The notes: generated by a model not told the origin, from the sequence alone. DNA of 64,000 nucleotides from Oikopleura dioica (GCA_907165135.1 OU015569.1:12710001-12774000); one strand, 5' to 3'. Shown: positions 43,324-55,920, counted from the stretch's first letter. Made by a program: numbers and translations.

Positions 43324-45397
43324 TCATTTTCGTTTGTTAAAGATTTTCTTTGCGAGGCGTTGTTTAACAGTGGAACTTTCTTTTGGAGTCTTCTTTCTTT
43401 TTCTCGAGTACTCTTTTAGCTCTTTATCTTGGGCAGGAGTAGGAGACGCCAATTGGCCGACGACTGCGCCCTGAACGTCTCGGTCGACGATTTTTCCATG
43501 AAAGGGGCACTTTTCCGCGTCCATTCTAGAGCACAGCTTTCCATTGGGCATCGGAGCTCGACAAGTTCGCGTGATGCGCTTTTCCTCGATGGCGATGTCC
43601 TCGGTTGTGTAGTAAATCGTCCCGGCCATTGATTTTGCTCGATCGAGGCTGAAAAGAGCTGAGTTAGTCTAGATTCTTAACTTAAGAATACCTACTTGAC
43701 TTCTGAGTCCGGCGAAGTAAAATGGTGCCTTTCGACGAGCTGGGCGGAGACGGAGTTTCTTGTGTCGACGAAATTGTCGCTCGTTTTGCTGTGATTTTCC
43801 AGCTCGCTTATCGGAATGCGGCTCTTGTTTCTGTCATCGTTCTTTGCGACGGTGTTTTTCGTTTCTTGCTTCTTCGGCTGGACGATTTCTTTCATGTATT
43901 CTGCCTCGGCCGCTTCCTCGTCTGTTGACACATCTTCGAACTCGTCTTCTTCGTCTTCCGAATCGTCGTAGAAATTCAGCGACTTGTATTTTCTGAGCAA
44001 CAATTGAACTTGGCTATTCGCCGAGACGATCTGCTCCAGCCGCTGGGCCTCGATGAAGAGATCGCCGCCGATCCACATTCGCAGCCGCTTCCCAAGCTTT
44101 TCCAATTGAGCGACGATTGGGCGGAGTTGTGACTCGACGAGTTCCACTGCGCCTTCTCGCTTCACGCGGATTTTGGAGAAGTTGAGATCCAACTGTATTG
44201 TCGAGCCGCTGGTTGTCGCTTTTTCATCTTCAGGGTTGACAGACGATCCTAAAATAGATTTATTAGCAGAAACATGAGTTATTTTGAAGCTGCCAGTCCT
44301 GGGCACCGCAACTTTTGTAAAAGCCTTCTGGACTCAAGTCAGGGTTCTGAAATGCTTTAACGAACAATTTGAGGTAGAAAAATATTTGGATTGGCAGAAA
44401 ATTCAGCGATTATTGTAAAGAACTAAGAGCTTCTTGATACTATTTCTACCTGAGTTGGCAGCTCTGCTCGAACTGTTTGAGAGCGGCACGATAATTTCAA
44501 AGAGCGATCGAACTTCGGCCGTGGCCACATCCGCCGCTTGAACAGTTTCGTCGATGATTTCTTCCAGTCGCGAATTCCCACTTGTCGAAGGAGCGGTTTC
44601 TTCTCCATTCTGCGCAGCTTCTTCTCGACTTTCGACGAGTTCAAGTTCTTCGAAGTCGACTCCTTTGTTCGTCAAAGTTTGCATCAAGCAGTCGAGTTTT
44701 CCGTAGACACCCTTGAATTTTCGATGCCAGGCTTTGAGCGTCCGAATCCCCAGTTTCCGCAGCTCGGACGAGTTCTTCAGTCCGGAGAAAAGTGCCGCCT
44801 CTGAGAGTCGATCACACTTGGGCACAACGAGTTCTCGCATCGTCCTCGACCGCAAAAACAGTTCGGAAAGGATCTTCAGCGCAATTTCTCGTTTCTGCGC
44901 GCATTTCTGCCTCGGCGAAGTGAGAATAGACCAGAGTCGGGAATGAACAGCGGCGACCGCGTCCGTGCTCTTCTTGCAAACGCTTTTGATTGTTTCTAGC
45001 GCGCCGGGAGCTAGGTGCTTTTTCTCGCAAGCGATCTTTTAGAAGGATATATTGCTGTTTGAAATCGAAGTCTTCGATTAGTTTTTCAACAAAATTATAA
45101 ATCTATAAATTATTATTATAATACGGCTCCCCGTTTCAACGGACAAATACCGTGATTCACATTTCTGATTGACCAGAATCGATTTCTATTGTAATTCGTT
45201 TGAACAAAAGTCCTATGTTTTAGCACAGGGAAATGTTCAAACGATTTTGACTTGGTCACTCACGAATGTGAATCGCGGTATTTCTGGGGTATCTCACAAC
45301 CCACTGACCCAAAACAAAAGGTCAAAATATTTTCAGAAATTGCATTTCTGCAACAATCCTTTACTAAAGCAACCGCATCTTCAGTTTTCCATTCCAT
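43324..45397 (-). CDS. UVSSA: UV-stimulated scaffold protein A (first exon tentative, 45365-45397)
   Basis: VHS-like N-terminus (IKSVCKKS...ELFLRSRTMRELVV); LLLRKYKSL..acidic tract; zinc finger CRAPMPNGKLCSRMDAEKCPFHGKIVDRD; C-terminal RLAKKIFN. Confidence 0.9.
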
Positions 45398-45709
45398 TTA
45401 TCGTTTTCTCACAAGGCTTCTGAATTTTCTCCTTTTCTTCAATTTTCTTGGATTTTCTCAGCGCGCGAAATTCAAAAGCGCATAGGATGACTCATCGCGA
45501 GCTCAACGCGCTTGATCATTTTTCGCTCGCAGAGAATTTTTCTAAACTTTAGAATCTTAAAAAGCTTTTTTCTTCCATTACCGCCAAAAGAAAGATCTGT
45601 CATTTTTATCTTCAAACATTTATTCTTAAAAACTTTGAGTGTTGTAAAAAAAGTTTTTTTTTTCTGCAAATTTGTAACTCTGATTAGTTCATATTAAATT
45701 GATCAATGA

Positions 45710-47296
45710 TTAAGTGGTTGATATGAGTTCGGATAGAATTTCTGTCTTTTTGTTTTCGCCAGCTCTGTAGTTCTTTGACTTTTCGCTCTCTTCGAATCGC
45801 TCCAAGCGAGGACTTCTTGGGCTATCAAGAACTTTTAAAGATGATGTCTGTTTGCTAGCTCTAATTTAGAGCTTTGTGGAGACACTATTCAACAAAGAGA
45901 AAATGTGTTCATTTCCTGTTGAATTGTATTTCTACGAAGCTATAACCAGCGCTAGAAAGAACACGAAACTTGCGCCCATTCCTATTTTCATTTTTGTTGA
46001 GATTTTTGGAAAGCATTTGAGCCGAGAGGATGATTTCATTCAGTTTTTCGCGAGCAGCATCGGCATTTTCAAGGCTCAGATCTTGGATTTGTTCTTTGAG
46101 GGTGTCCGCGTTCGCCTAGTTCGATTCTTTTAGTTAAAATAAAAACGAATATATTTTACTTCTCGGAGAGTGTAGATTCTGATCGTCATGTCCTGCCCGT
46201 TTTCTTTTGCTCTTTTTGAAACGAACGATTTTTTCTAAAAGCGGAATTAAAAACACTCTCAAATGCCCTTGAAACCTCGACAAGTTCGCATGCGTGCTCG
46301 TCCACTATTCTGTCTGTATATCTCCGCTTGTCTTCTGTGTAATTCTCGTCTATCGCAATGTGTGTGCCCTGTTCTTTTGGATTCGCGCCTTTCATGAAAC
46401 TCGAAAACATATTTTATTCTAAATTTCGGCCTCAATTTCGAGCTCCTTTCCCATGTACTCTTCAACTTCCAATTTTCCCGAGACCATGAACTCCCTCTTC
46501 TTCATCAGTACCTTGATCCTATGCTCCCAAAACGCGTCCGAGACACGTTTGTCCGTCGCCATTCTGTAAAAACCGTCGTCGACGACGATTCCTTGCCTGA
46601 TGCACTCGTTTATGTCTCGGCACCGTTTCATGTAGGGGCTCGACTCTTCTTTGCTTTCACTTATCTCGCTACCGTCCACTTCTGCTTCCCCATCTCTTAT
46701 TTCCTTCAGTTCTTTCTTGATCTTTACTTTGAACTCGTCGAAGTCGCAGTCCTTGTCCAAGGCCCACTTGAGAAAAGCGTCGGACAGCTCGTGCTCGAGC
46801 ATCAAAGGAGACAAAAACTTTATTTTCGCATCGTACAACTTCTTTTCTTCAGCTTCTCGTTCTTGACGTTCCCTTTCTTCCGCTTCCCTGATTTCTTCGG
46901 TGTCACTTTCTTCTTCCTCGCTGCTTTCAGAAACTAAAAAATATTAAAAATTTCATCGGAGTCGAAAAGTAAGCTCAGCATCTTTTGTTGGACAGCTGAA
47001 TTAAGACCCTGAAAAAGATAAAAAAGGCGTTAAACTAAGCCTGAGCTCGCCAACCTGTTTAAAAAAGCTGAGTCAGGTTTGGAAGAGCTGCGTAGCGGCT
47101 TTTCATTTTTGCTCTTCAAAGCCTGACTCAGGCTTTCTACGCAGGTTGCCGAACCCAGGCTGTTTCTCTGCTTACAGCTATAACCGTCGCCTTCGAAAGA
47201 AATCGTCTTCCTGTAGGGAGGCCTTTCGTCGGCAGGTTCTTCTGACTGCTGCCTTAAAATGCTTCGGCTTCGGATTCTTGGGTCGTGTTTGAGCAT
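45710..47296 (-). CDS. Uncharacterised acidic/coiled-coil protein (about 6 exons)
   Basis: Exons MLKHDPR..., ...LYDAKIKFLSPLMLEHEL...EVE, DFMKGANP...LVE, KKSF...TLRE, ANADTLKEQ..., QTSSLK...STT*. The middle junctions join by GT-AG in frame; the first was not checked. No family recognised. Confidence 0.6.
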
Positions 47297-49030
47297 TTTC
47301 TCGACTTCATCTGATGTCTAAAAGAAGCTGCGAAACAAGTACGCTCGTAAAAATAGCGATCGTTTAAACTTTGATTAATTTCTTTTTGAAAGAAAATTAA
47401 TTACCAGTGCGGGAGTGAACTCGGCTCCGGAAAGGATGCTATTCGTAGAAGGTCCATTCCGCATTCTATTTTTTATTTTTCGATCTCTCTTTTATGCGAA
47501 ATAGCGACAATCAAAGCCATCGCCAGTTTTCTGTTTTTATTGTCCGAAGTCGTAACTTTTCATAATTTGAAAAAACAAGTGTCTTTTTCAGAATGTTGAA
47601 AAATAAAAAAATGATGAGGAGTCTGCAAAAAATGAGGAAAGCGAAAATGATCGTCGATGCTAATTTCGGTTTCCAAAGTTATTTGTCTTCCATCCCACTT
47701 TCGTCTGGGCTCGGCAACCTGTTGACAGAACCTGAGTCAGGGTCTGCAAAATCTTAGAACAAAGCGGCTTTTCATTTTAGTTATATCAGAGCCTAACTCA
47801 GTTTTCCTACACAGGTTGCCAAGCCCAGTTTTCAATGTCAATTGCGAAACCGTTTGTGAAGTCTTCAAGCCTTGCGAATGGGGATCAAAGACTTCTGGCT
47901 GGTGGACGAAATTAGCGACGATGAGGAGTTCAAATTCCTCATTGAAGAAATTGTAAAAGAACCAGACACTTTTACTTTCGAGGAAATTTGCGGCGAGAAT
48001 TTTGTGCGGAGAAAAACGCGCCCCAATGAAGAAGTGGAAATTCACGCTAGAATGTTTGTGAACATTTCGGACGGGCGCACTGGAACCGTTGAAATTGGCG
48101 ACTTCGTTCCGCCGAAGTTGGAGTTTGGGCCCGATTGGAAACCTCAGAAGACGTTTCATATTCCGACAGTGTTTGGAATTCTTCTTGGTTACCCGGTGGT
48201 CTATTTGCTCAACGAGGACGAGAGAACGGGGATTTTGGAAGGCGTCGATTTAGGAATCGCGGGATGCAAGTCTTGAACTACATATGTGCCTCATGACGGC
48301 AGCATCTAAATTAGATAGACTATATAGCAATTTTTATCTGGGCTCAGAAACCTGTGGCTTCGCGGCTTTTATCGAGAAACTTCCAGGACTCTGACTCAGG
48401 TTTTCTGCAATGTTTGCCGAGCTCAGACTATTATCCAGCTTGGCAAAGTCAATAAACAGCAACTTCTCATGTCTATTTGCATCCTGGCTAAAGACCTTTA
48501 CCAGATATTTATCGATGAAATTCGCGTCCTGTCATTTTCACTGCCTTCTTCAACCGCCCTCGATCCAAAAATCGACCGCCAAATCAAATCCTGGGTCAGC
48601 CGAGCTTTCGAAGTTATAAAAGACAGCGAAAACGCATCGATCATAAAATCCGTCGTCAATCTTTCGAATGTCAACATTTAGAGAGCAGTTCTTATGATCA
48701 TTATTGTTATTTCTTCAGAATGAGCCGGATAAATGTTGGCTGTACAAGAGTGACGCTGGAAGTCAGAGATGATGAATACACTGAAAGTAAGTTTCTCTTT
48801 GAAGAGAATGGACTTGGCAACCTGTGCGGAAAACCTGAGTCAGAGTCGAGAACGAACTTTGATAAAAAGCTAATAGGCTTCTGCTGAGGGTATTTCAGAA
48901 CCTTGACGCAGGTTTTCCACACAGGTTACCGAACCAAGGTTAGGGGTGGAGCCTTGATCGACAACCTGAGTAAGGGATTCTGAGTCAGGGTCCTGTAAAA
49001 AAATTGAATAATAAGCCGCGTATCAGCTTT
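47038..49030. mobile_element. Family-A MITE copies at ~47038-47158, 47705-47828, 48336-48425, 48808-49030 (compound)
   Basis: Same arm consensus; coordinates approximate. Confidence 0.8.
47872..48681 (+). CDS. C1orf74: UPF0739/C1orf74 (DUF4504)-like protein; 5' exons unresolved
   Basis: TVFGILLGYPVVY signature; C-terminal VLSFSLP...VVNLSNVNI* resembles the recalled C1orf74 end. Confidence 0.65.
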
Positions 49031-49099
49031 TTTTAGAAATCAAGGCACTGGTATTTAGAAAAACCAAACCATCGCCCCCTATTCCACGTAATAAACTAA

Positions 49100-51072
49100 A
49101 TGCCTTCAGTATTCCTCGACCGGAGCTACTGCGACATACAGATCGATCCAGTTTTCTTCCAGCAATTGGACGCGATCAAGAGCGATCCGGGCTTCTTCAA
49201 CACGAGGCAGCAAAAGTACAATTTGCACCACAGCGATTTGCCAGAAGGCGACAAGTTCTTCAGCTTTCTTGGCGGAAAGCAAGTCTCCCTTCCGGACGCG
49301 AGGAGCATCAACTGCTTTCAGAAATGCTGCTACTTCTTTCAACTCGGCAATTTGGCGAGTTTGGTGGAAGGAAAGAGCTCGGCCTCGATAAATTTGGACG
49401 ATTACAGAAAAGTGTTTTCCGAGGCTAACCAATTCAAGGCGCCACCAGAGGTTTTAGAAGACCGGAAGCCAAAAACCTTCCTATCCTCACTTCCAGTCCA
49501 AGAACAGCTGCCAAAGCGCCGGTGATTACGAGCCCCTTTCAACGGGGTAATTTTAATCAAGGTACAATAAAAGAAAAATCTATCGCCTGGAAGTCTAAAA
49601 CGGTTTTTAGAAAATCTGACGCCCTCAGGTCATCCTGCTCAAACCGAAAGCTACATCACGAAAAGCCATGCTAGTCACCGTCCCGACGTCCCCGACCCTA
49701 AAGTCCAACAGATGCACGATCAAATGTATAACATGAGTCTCCGAGAAAAAGTGGATAACTGGGAAATGGCAACTAACCCAGATAATCCAACGCCGACCTC
49801 GCTTGGGCCTCCAAGGCCGCCTTTACAAGCTGCAGGAACGAACAACCTCTTTGATCAAATTTCTTTGGCTCAAACTTCCTGTTTTCTGGCTTCGAAGGAG
49901 AAAACTAGAAATGAAATCGACGGGGACGGAGTTCTGCAGACAAGAGTCGACCACGAAAGGTAAAAACTGCAGCTTGTTTTGCTATTCTTTAGAATTTCAG
50001 CGACATTGAATTCAGCGATATTTCTGCGCGGCCGCATTTTACGTTAAACAATAGGAAATCGTCAGTTCTAAGAAGCCAAGCTTCGAAATTTCCATTTAGG
50101 GGTACAAAATGCACTAATGAAGAGCGAATTGAGCTGATTAAAATGATTAAAGCACCTTGATTTGAATTTCTGGAATGTTGATTGTCCTGAGCCAGGACAA
50201 TTGATTCAACTTCGAAAAAGTCATATTTATTTTCAGCGAGCAAGAAATCTCGTTCGAATCGACTTTCTCCTCCCAAACTGATTACGCGAACAATCCAATC
50301 GGCAGCTTACAGGAAACGCTTCAGAAGGATGGTTTGGCTTGCCCAACTTATCAAAGTCACAAAGGAGACGGTAAGAAAAATAGACGGCACAAATAGAATC
50401 TAATCCCTGAAGTATTCCCTCGTTGAAATTCAAGTTTAGACGGCAAAGTAGAAGTGACCTGTCGAGCAAGCGGGGAAGAAACGCGCGCCTTTGGCAAAAC
50501 AGAAAACGAGGCGAAGCGAAAAGCGGCGCATCTAATGATGCAGCTTCTGCGCAACTCCGGCTCTGACTCGGGCATCAAGGAGTACGAAGACATACCTTCG
50601 ACGGCGGAGGCGGTGCGCTTCTTCGAAGAAAACCTGAAGTCGAAAAAGGCAAGAAAATGGAACTGCCCGCCAACGACGCCAGATCGACATTTAACCTCTT
50701 TGCGCAGCAATTCCCAGCCATGGTCGAAGTCCACGGCTTGGGAAAGAACGATCACAAGTTTTCTGGCAACGATCATTGCAGGAACGCGGATTTTTTCATC
50801 TCCATTTTTCATTTTATAAGGCTGATTAATTATTTATTTAGAATTATTTTTTATTTAAAAAGCCGCTGTAAAAGAGAATACCAATACTTTGGGACGGCCC
50901 GCTTTCGCTACAGCAATTTGGACAAGCAGGTTCACTCCGTTTTCGTAGTCAAGGCGGAGAGCGTCAGCCGCGAGAAAAACGAGCCCAGCAAAGTTGCTAC
51001 GCCAAGTTGTTAAACGCCATCTACGAGCAGCTGAAGGAAGAAAAGAAGAAGTCGAACATTCGCATTCCCTAG
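49100..51072 (+). CDS. Double-stranded RNA-binding protein: BTB-like N-terminus (tentative) + two dsRBD-like domains; needs four 1-nt homopolymer corrections
   Basis: NPIGSLQETLQK...PTY...VTC..FGKTENEAKRKAAHLMMQLL (dsRBD); second unit DARSTFNLFAQQ...FGTARF...KKRAQQSCYAKLL after correction. Confidence 0.6.
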
Positions 51073-51697
51073 CTGCTTCCTTCCTTGATTCAATCATAAC
51101 TGTACATAACCGACCCAAGCACTATCATGTCTGCCCAATACTGAAACCTGAACTGACCTTTTTCTTTCTTCATCGATTCAAAAATTATTTCTGCTTCCCT
51201 GAATAAAAGTTCCTGAAAATCCGCGAAAATCGGAACACTGAATAATTAGTAATCACGGGTAAATTTATCGAGTCTGATTATTCTTTTCATTCTTTCAAAT
51301 ATTTATTTTGATAAATTGAGAGCACAAGCAGGTTTATAGTTAAATTCAGGGCTTGCAAAATGCGAAGTTGTGTTGGGATTTTTCGGAATTTTGAAGTTGA
51401 ATCAAGCAAGAATGAGGCGAAATATAAAAATCAGATGCTTCTTTTCTTTGACTGCGCTTCTTGAAGATCTTGAAGACTTCTTGATGCTCTCCAAGTCGTC
51501 AGCAAGGGAATATCTCGGAATCTCGATCGAGAGAGTAAAAGTAATTTACTTTTGAAAAAGTAGTTGAAAAGGGTTGAGGATGGAAAAAGGTCGACCATCG
51601 TGGTGACATTTTTTGAAAATGGCAAAATCGAGCGCTAAAGCAATCCCTTCTATTTTCAACATTCTTTACGCGGAACTTGGTTTTCAAATCGTTTTTA

Positions 51698-54037
51698 ATG
51701 TCTTTTTCTGCGAGTCTTCTGGAAAGAGTGAGTTCGTTGGAGAGATTGGCTCTTTCCCTCGTCGACGCAATAAGAGAAATCAAGGAAGAACTCAAACCAG
51801 AAGAAGTCACAGGGAAAGGTGGCGAAATTCAGATTTTAACGGAAGGTTACAATTATCCTGAGGATCATCCTCAGGATACCCTCTGGAAATGAATCCTGAG
51901 GATTGTCCTCAGGATACCTTTCATAAACCTATCCTGAGGATAAGACACAGGATACACTCTAGAAACGGATCCTGGGTATCAGATCATAAAATTTCTTCGA
52001 TAAAATTAGTCCTGAGGATAAGAAAAAACTGACAGACTCAGTCCCAGAGTTTACTACAAGACAGGCGCGGAGCGCACACACGCTCCTTGACTTAGAACCG
52101 CGCAAATCTTTTCCTCAGAAATCATCTTTGTACTTCTTTTTCTAGGCTCGATCCTCAGGATACGCTTTTAAAAGGTATCCTGAGGATTGTCCTCAGGATT
52201 CATTTCTGGAGGGTATCCTGAGGATGATCCTCAGGATAATTGTATACTTCAAAAAACAAGTTTTTCACCCCGAGAAAGTGAAAATGGAAGCGGAAGATGA
52301 CGATCCTCCTTTAGTTACTGTAGAAAACAATCCGGCTCAGGATCCACTCCAGCTGGCAGTTAGACCAGTCGTCCAGAGTCAGAGACTCCCGCATCCTCCG
52401 AAAATGATGGAGCTGAAATTTACCTCGAGGGATGAAGTGCCAATGATTTCGCCAGCCAACTTCGGTGCAGTTCCCGTCCCTCGTTTTTCAGGTAAAACTT
52501 CGGAAAAGCACCTTCTTTCATTTTCAAGCCGGAGGAAAATTCAATTTCCAGCGCGGCTGTGCTCCGCCGCCTTTGTCCTCGCTGGCGCATCTGATTCCTT
52601 CGCGGCGAGGCAAAAAAACGCTCTGGCTCTTTCTTCTCGAAATGTTGACTGACGCGGCGTGTAAGGACATCATCCGCTGGACTGGCAACGGTCACGAGTT
52701 TCGTCTGCTAGACATTCCCGAGATTGTCAAGAGATGGGCCAAGCTCAAGAACAAACCGGCGATGACTAGGGAAACTCGATGAAAAATGAACTTTTTATGG
52801 GCTTTGTAGGGACGAGGTATAATACAGTTTTAGAAAGCCCAGAAGCTGGGGATCATTTTTGACTATTTACAGTAAGGGGTTTGACCCATGCCCTGGGGCA
52901 TTTTTCCCTTCTAAAGAGCCGAAAATCTGGTACTTTCAGAATAGAGGGTCGTAACTTCTAGTATCCCGGATTTATTTCAATAAAACTTAAACCAGATTGT
53001 AGATGACGCTCTGACGGTTCAGAAAATGTGTAGAAAACTATCGTTATCGGCATTCTAGAGGGCGCTAGAGGCTCTAGAAGTTGAGGAAGTCGACCGAAAA
53101 TCGGGACTCTTGGTCCCAAAAGTACGAAAATGTTATTTTACTCGACTAAAATAGATTAAAGAACGTCTCGAATAGATTATTAGATGTCAAAAATGTATTT
53201 TGGAGTCATTTCAGGTATTTCGGGGTGAGCTACTACGAAATTCTATTTTTGTATAATATGACCCCAAGTGACCTTAACTGACCCTTGAACACTTTTCTAA
53301 CAATTTTTTATCGATTCAGAACATCCTTTATTGTATTTCAGTCGAGTAAAATAACATTTTCGTACTTTTTGGGACCAAGAGTCCCGATTTTCGGCCGACT
53401 TCCTCAACTTCTAGAGCCTCTAGCGCCCTCTAGAATGCCGATAACGATAGTTTTCTACACATTTTCTGAACCGTCAGAGCGTCATCTACAATCTGGTTTA
53501 AGTTTTATTGAAATAAATCCGGGATACTAGAAGTTACGACCCTCTATTCTGAAAGTACCAGATTTTCGGCTCTTTAGAAGGGAAAAATGCCCCAGGGCAT
53601 GGGTCAGACCCTTACTGTAAATAGTCAAAATGATCCTCAGCTTCTGGGCTTTCTAAAACTGTATTATACCTCGTCCCTACTAAGCCCATAAAAGTTCATT
53701 TTTCATCGAGTTTCCTAGCGATGACCTACGAGTGCATGTCCAGGTAAGGGATATTTGAAATTTCATCTTGGCCTGAGTAAGGCTCCGGATGCGCTAAAAT
53801 GATAAGCCGCGTAGCGGCTTTTATTAAAACGAAGCCGCGAAGCGTCTTCGAAAAAATTTCAACTAGATTGAGATGAAAATATTTTCAAGAAGATGTCGAT
53901 TTTCAATTTGGATGATTTAATTTAGATCACTGCGGCAATATAAACAAAGTGGCATCATGCGAAAAGGCGTTGGGAATTATTGCTACGAGTTTATGGTCCC
54001 TCCAAACGAGCTGCTAGCCTCGGCCATTTACGAATAA
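51698..54037 (+). CDS. ETS-domain transcription factor interrupted by a MITE; join(51698..51818,52261..52491,52529..52766,[insertion],53726..53743,53926..54037)
   Basis: TLWLFLLEMLTD...IIRWTGNGHEFRLLDIPEIVKRWAKLKNKPAM | TYECMSRSLRQYKQSGIMRKGVGNYCYEF; three Trp and both recognition-helix Arg are retained. Confidence 0.92.
51850..52242. mobile_element. Family-C TA-flanked MITE built of TCCTGAGGA/TCCTCAGGA units, in ETS intron 1
   Basis: ~95-bp arms CAATTATCCTGAGGATCATCCTCAGGATACCCTC... are inverted at both ends; TA on each side. Confidence 0.85.
52767..53717. mobile_element. 951-bp hAT-like non-autonomous element with ~385-bp near-perfect TIRs and 8-bp TSD GCGATGAC
   Basis: Ends TAGGGAAACTCGATG... 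/ ...CATCGAGTTTCCTA; TSD at 52759-52766 and 53718-53725; ~180-bp spacer; no transposase ORF. Confidence 0.95.
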
Positions 54038-55920
54038 GCAATTTGAAATGGAACTCTCAACGAGTATTTTCTATTTTATTTTTCAATTAAAATCAATAAA
54101 AGAAGGCTTTAATCTTTTCCGACTTTGTTTCTTTTAGCTATCTTTTTGAGCTTTCTAATGTTTTGAGCTACTGCAAGAGACAGTGACTCGGGTAGAGTAA
54201 AGTAGCAGTGCGGGAGAAAAAAAGAGAGCCGCGCAGGGCGCTTTTTGGCTGTGCGAAAAAAGTGGTGTGAAATACAGTTGGGCCGCTGTGGGGCTGTGTT
54301 CTGTGCTCGCGAGTGGAAACGTGACTGTTTGAATTCGTGAATGTGCGAAATGTCTGGGCCGGGCAACAGCGCTCCCCGCCCTCACTACACATCATTGCGT
54401 AACATGAGACATCGGCTCACATTTGTGTTGTCTCGGGCTTTTTTGTTTTTCTGCCTCTTTGTCCTCTTTGCGGCTCTCCTGTCCAGCCGCTGTCCACTCT
54501 GCCAAGCCAAGAAGAGAGAGATTTTTTGACACTCAGGAAACGAACTCGCAAATACACAAAAATCGAGACATTGGCCTCTTTTTCTCACATTAGAAGGTAA
54601 ATTCAAATGTTGACATTTCAGTTTTTTCTTATATATTAATTTTCCTAGCAGATATTCTTATTTAGTATTTATGAAAAAGATAAAACAAAAGAAATCGCAT
54701 ATTTTCCATTTTGAAAAAAAGTTTTTTTAATAATTAATTATAAATAAAAGTTTTTCATAAATTGACATTTTAGTTTTTAATTCGGCTATTGATAGGCTAG
54801 TAGCTTATATTGAAAATATAATAAAATATATAATAATAAAAAGGCTAATAATAAAAATTTTTAAAATGAGAGAAAAAGATATATAAATACATTCAGTGAG
54901 TTTAGTTGGTTTAAATTGCTTAAAATTATTTAATACTTATTATTAAATTTATGATTATTTCATATTTATTTATCAGTTTTCTTATTTATTCTTATTAAAC
55001 TAACGAACATAAAATTAAGCACCATCTCCATGTCTATATTTACTGATTTCAGTTAAAATTTTATGGAATGTATTCATGACATTGGCCTGTAGGCTCTACA
55101 CTGTAGAGTCTACAGTGTAGAGCGAGATATAAATTCCCAAATTTCAGAAAACGAGACATTCTTTCGAAAGTGATCTCGGCGGCTGAAATGTCATCTCGAT
55201 TGAAATGTCAAAAGTATCAACAAAAATACACCTCTAGTGAGACTTCCGATAACTAGCTCGCTGGGAAACTAACTCGTATTGATTTTCGCCCCTTTTTCTA
55301 GAATCAAAAATATTCAAGAGACAGGGAGCGCTCACAGCCAGACTGCGCTGCAAGTTACAGTAGGAGCTGCTGTGTATTCTGCTGCCTGAATCTAAAAATA
55401 ACTTTCTTTTTGGCGAGTCGATTTTTGAGACAAAGAGAGAAGAAGAAACAGTTGAATGTGGACTTGCGTGGAAAGCCGAGACGGCCAGTTTGGCCAAATG
55501 ATCAGGAAGATTGTCTTTGGCGACATTTACGAAAACGAGGATTATGCACGACAGCGCATTCCCATTCCCAAAAACATTGAGCTAAAGGTGAAACTCTTCA
55601 ATGCGAAAAACTCGGTTTAAAATGTCTCGCTTATTTTATGGATAACAATTAGATAAAATATTAAAAATTGAGTCAACTGTTATCATTAGTAATCTAATAA
55701 TTTATTACAATTTTAGACTAGAAAATTGTTGACTCTAAAAATAAGGCTGTCATTAATTAGTAAACTTTTGGTGAAGTGATTCGCCAAAAAATCCTCTACC
55801 TTTGTTGATTTTTTTTTGCAAAATTAACTGAAATTTTCTGCGAAAAGGAGAGTCTTAATATCGCTCTTTTTCCATATTTGCGCAGTGCACACTTCCGCTC
55901 GGGCAAAAATTCAAATAATC

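Noticed and set aside
46410-46421. Apparent separate gene starting 8 nt after a stop codon
   Set aside because: A 59-nt GT-AG intron removes the stop and joins both ORFs in frame.
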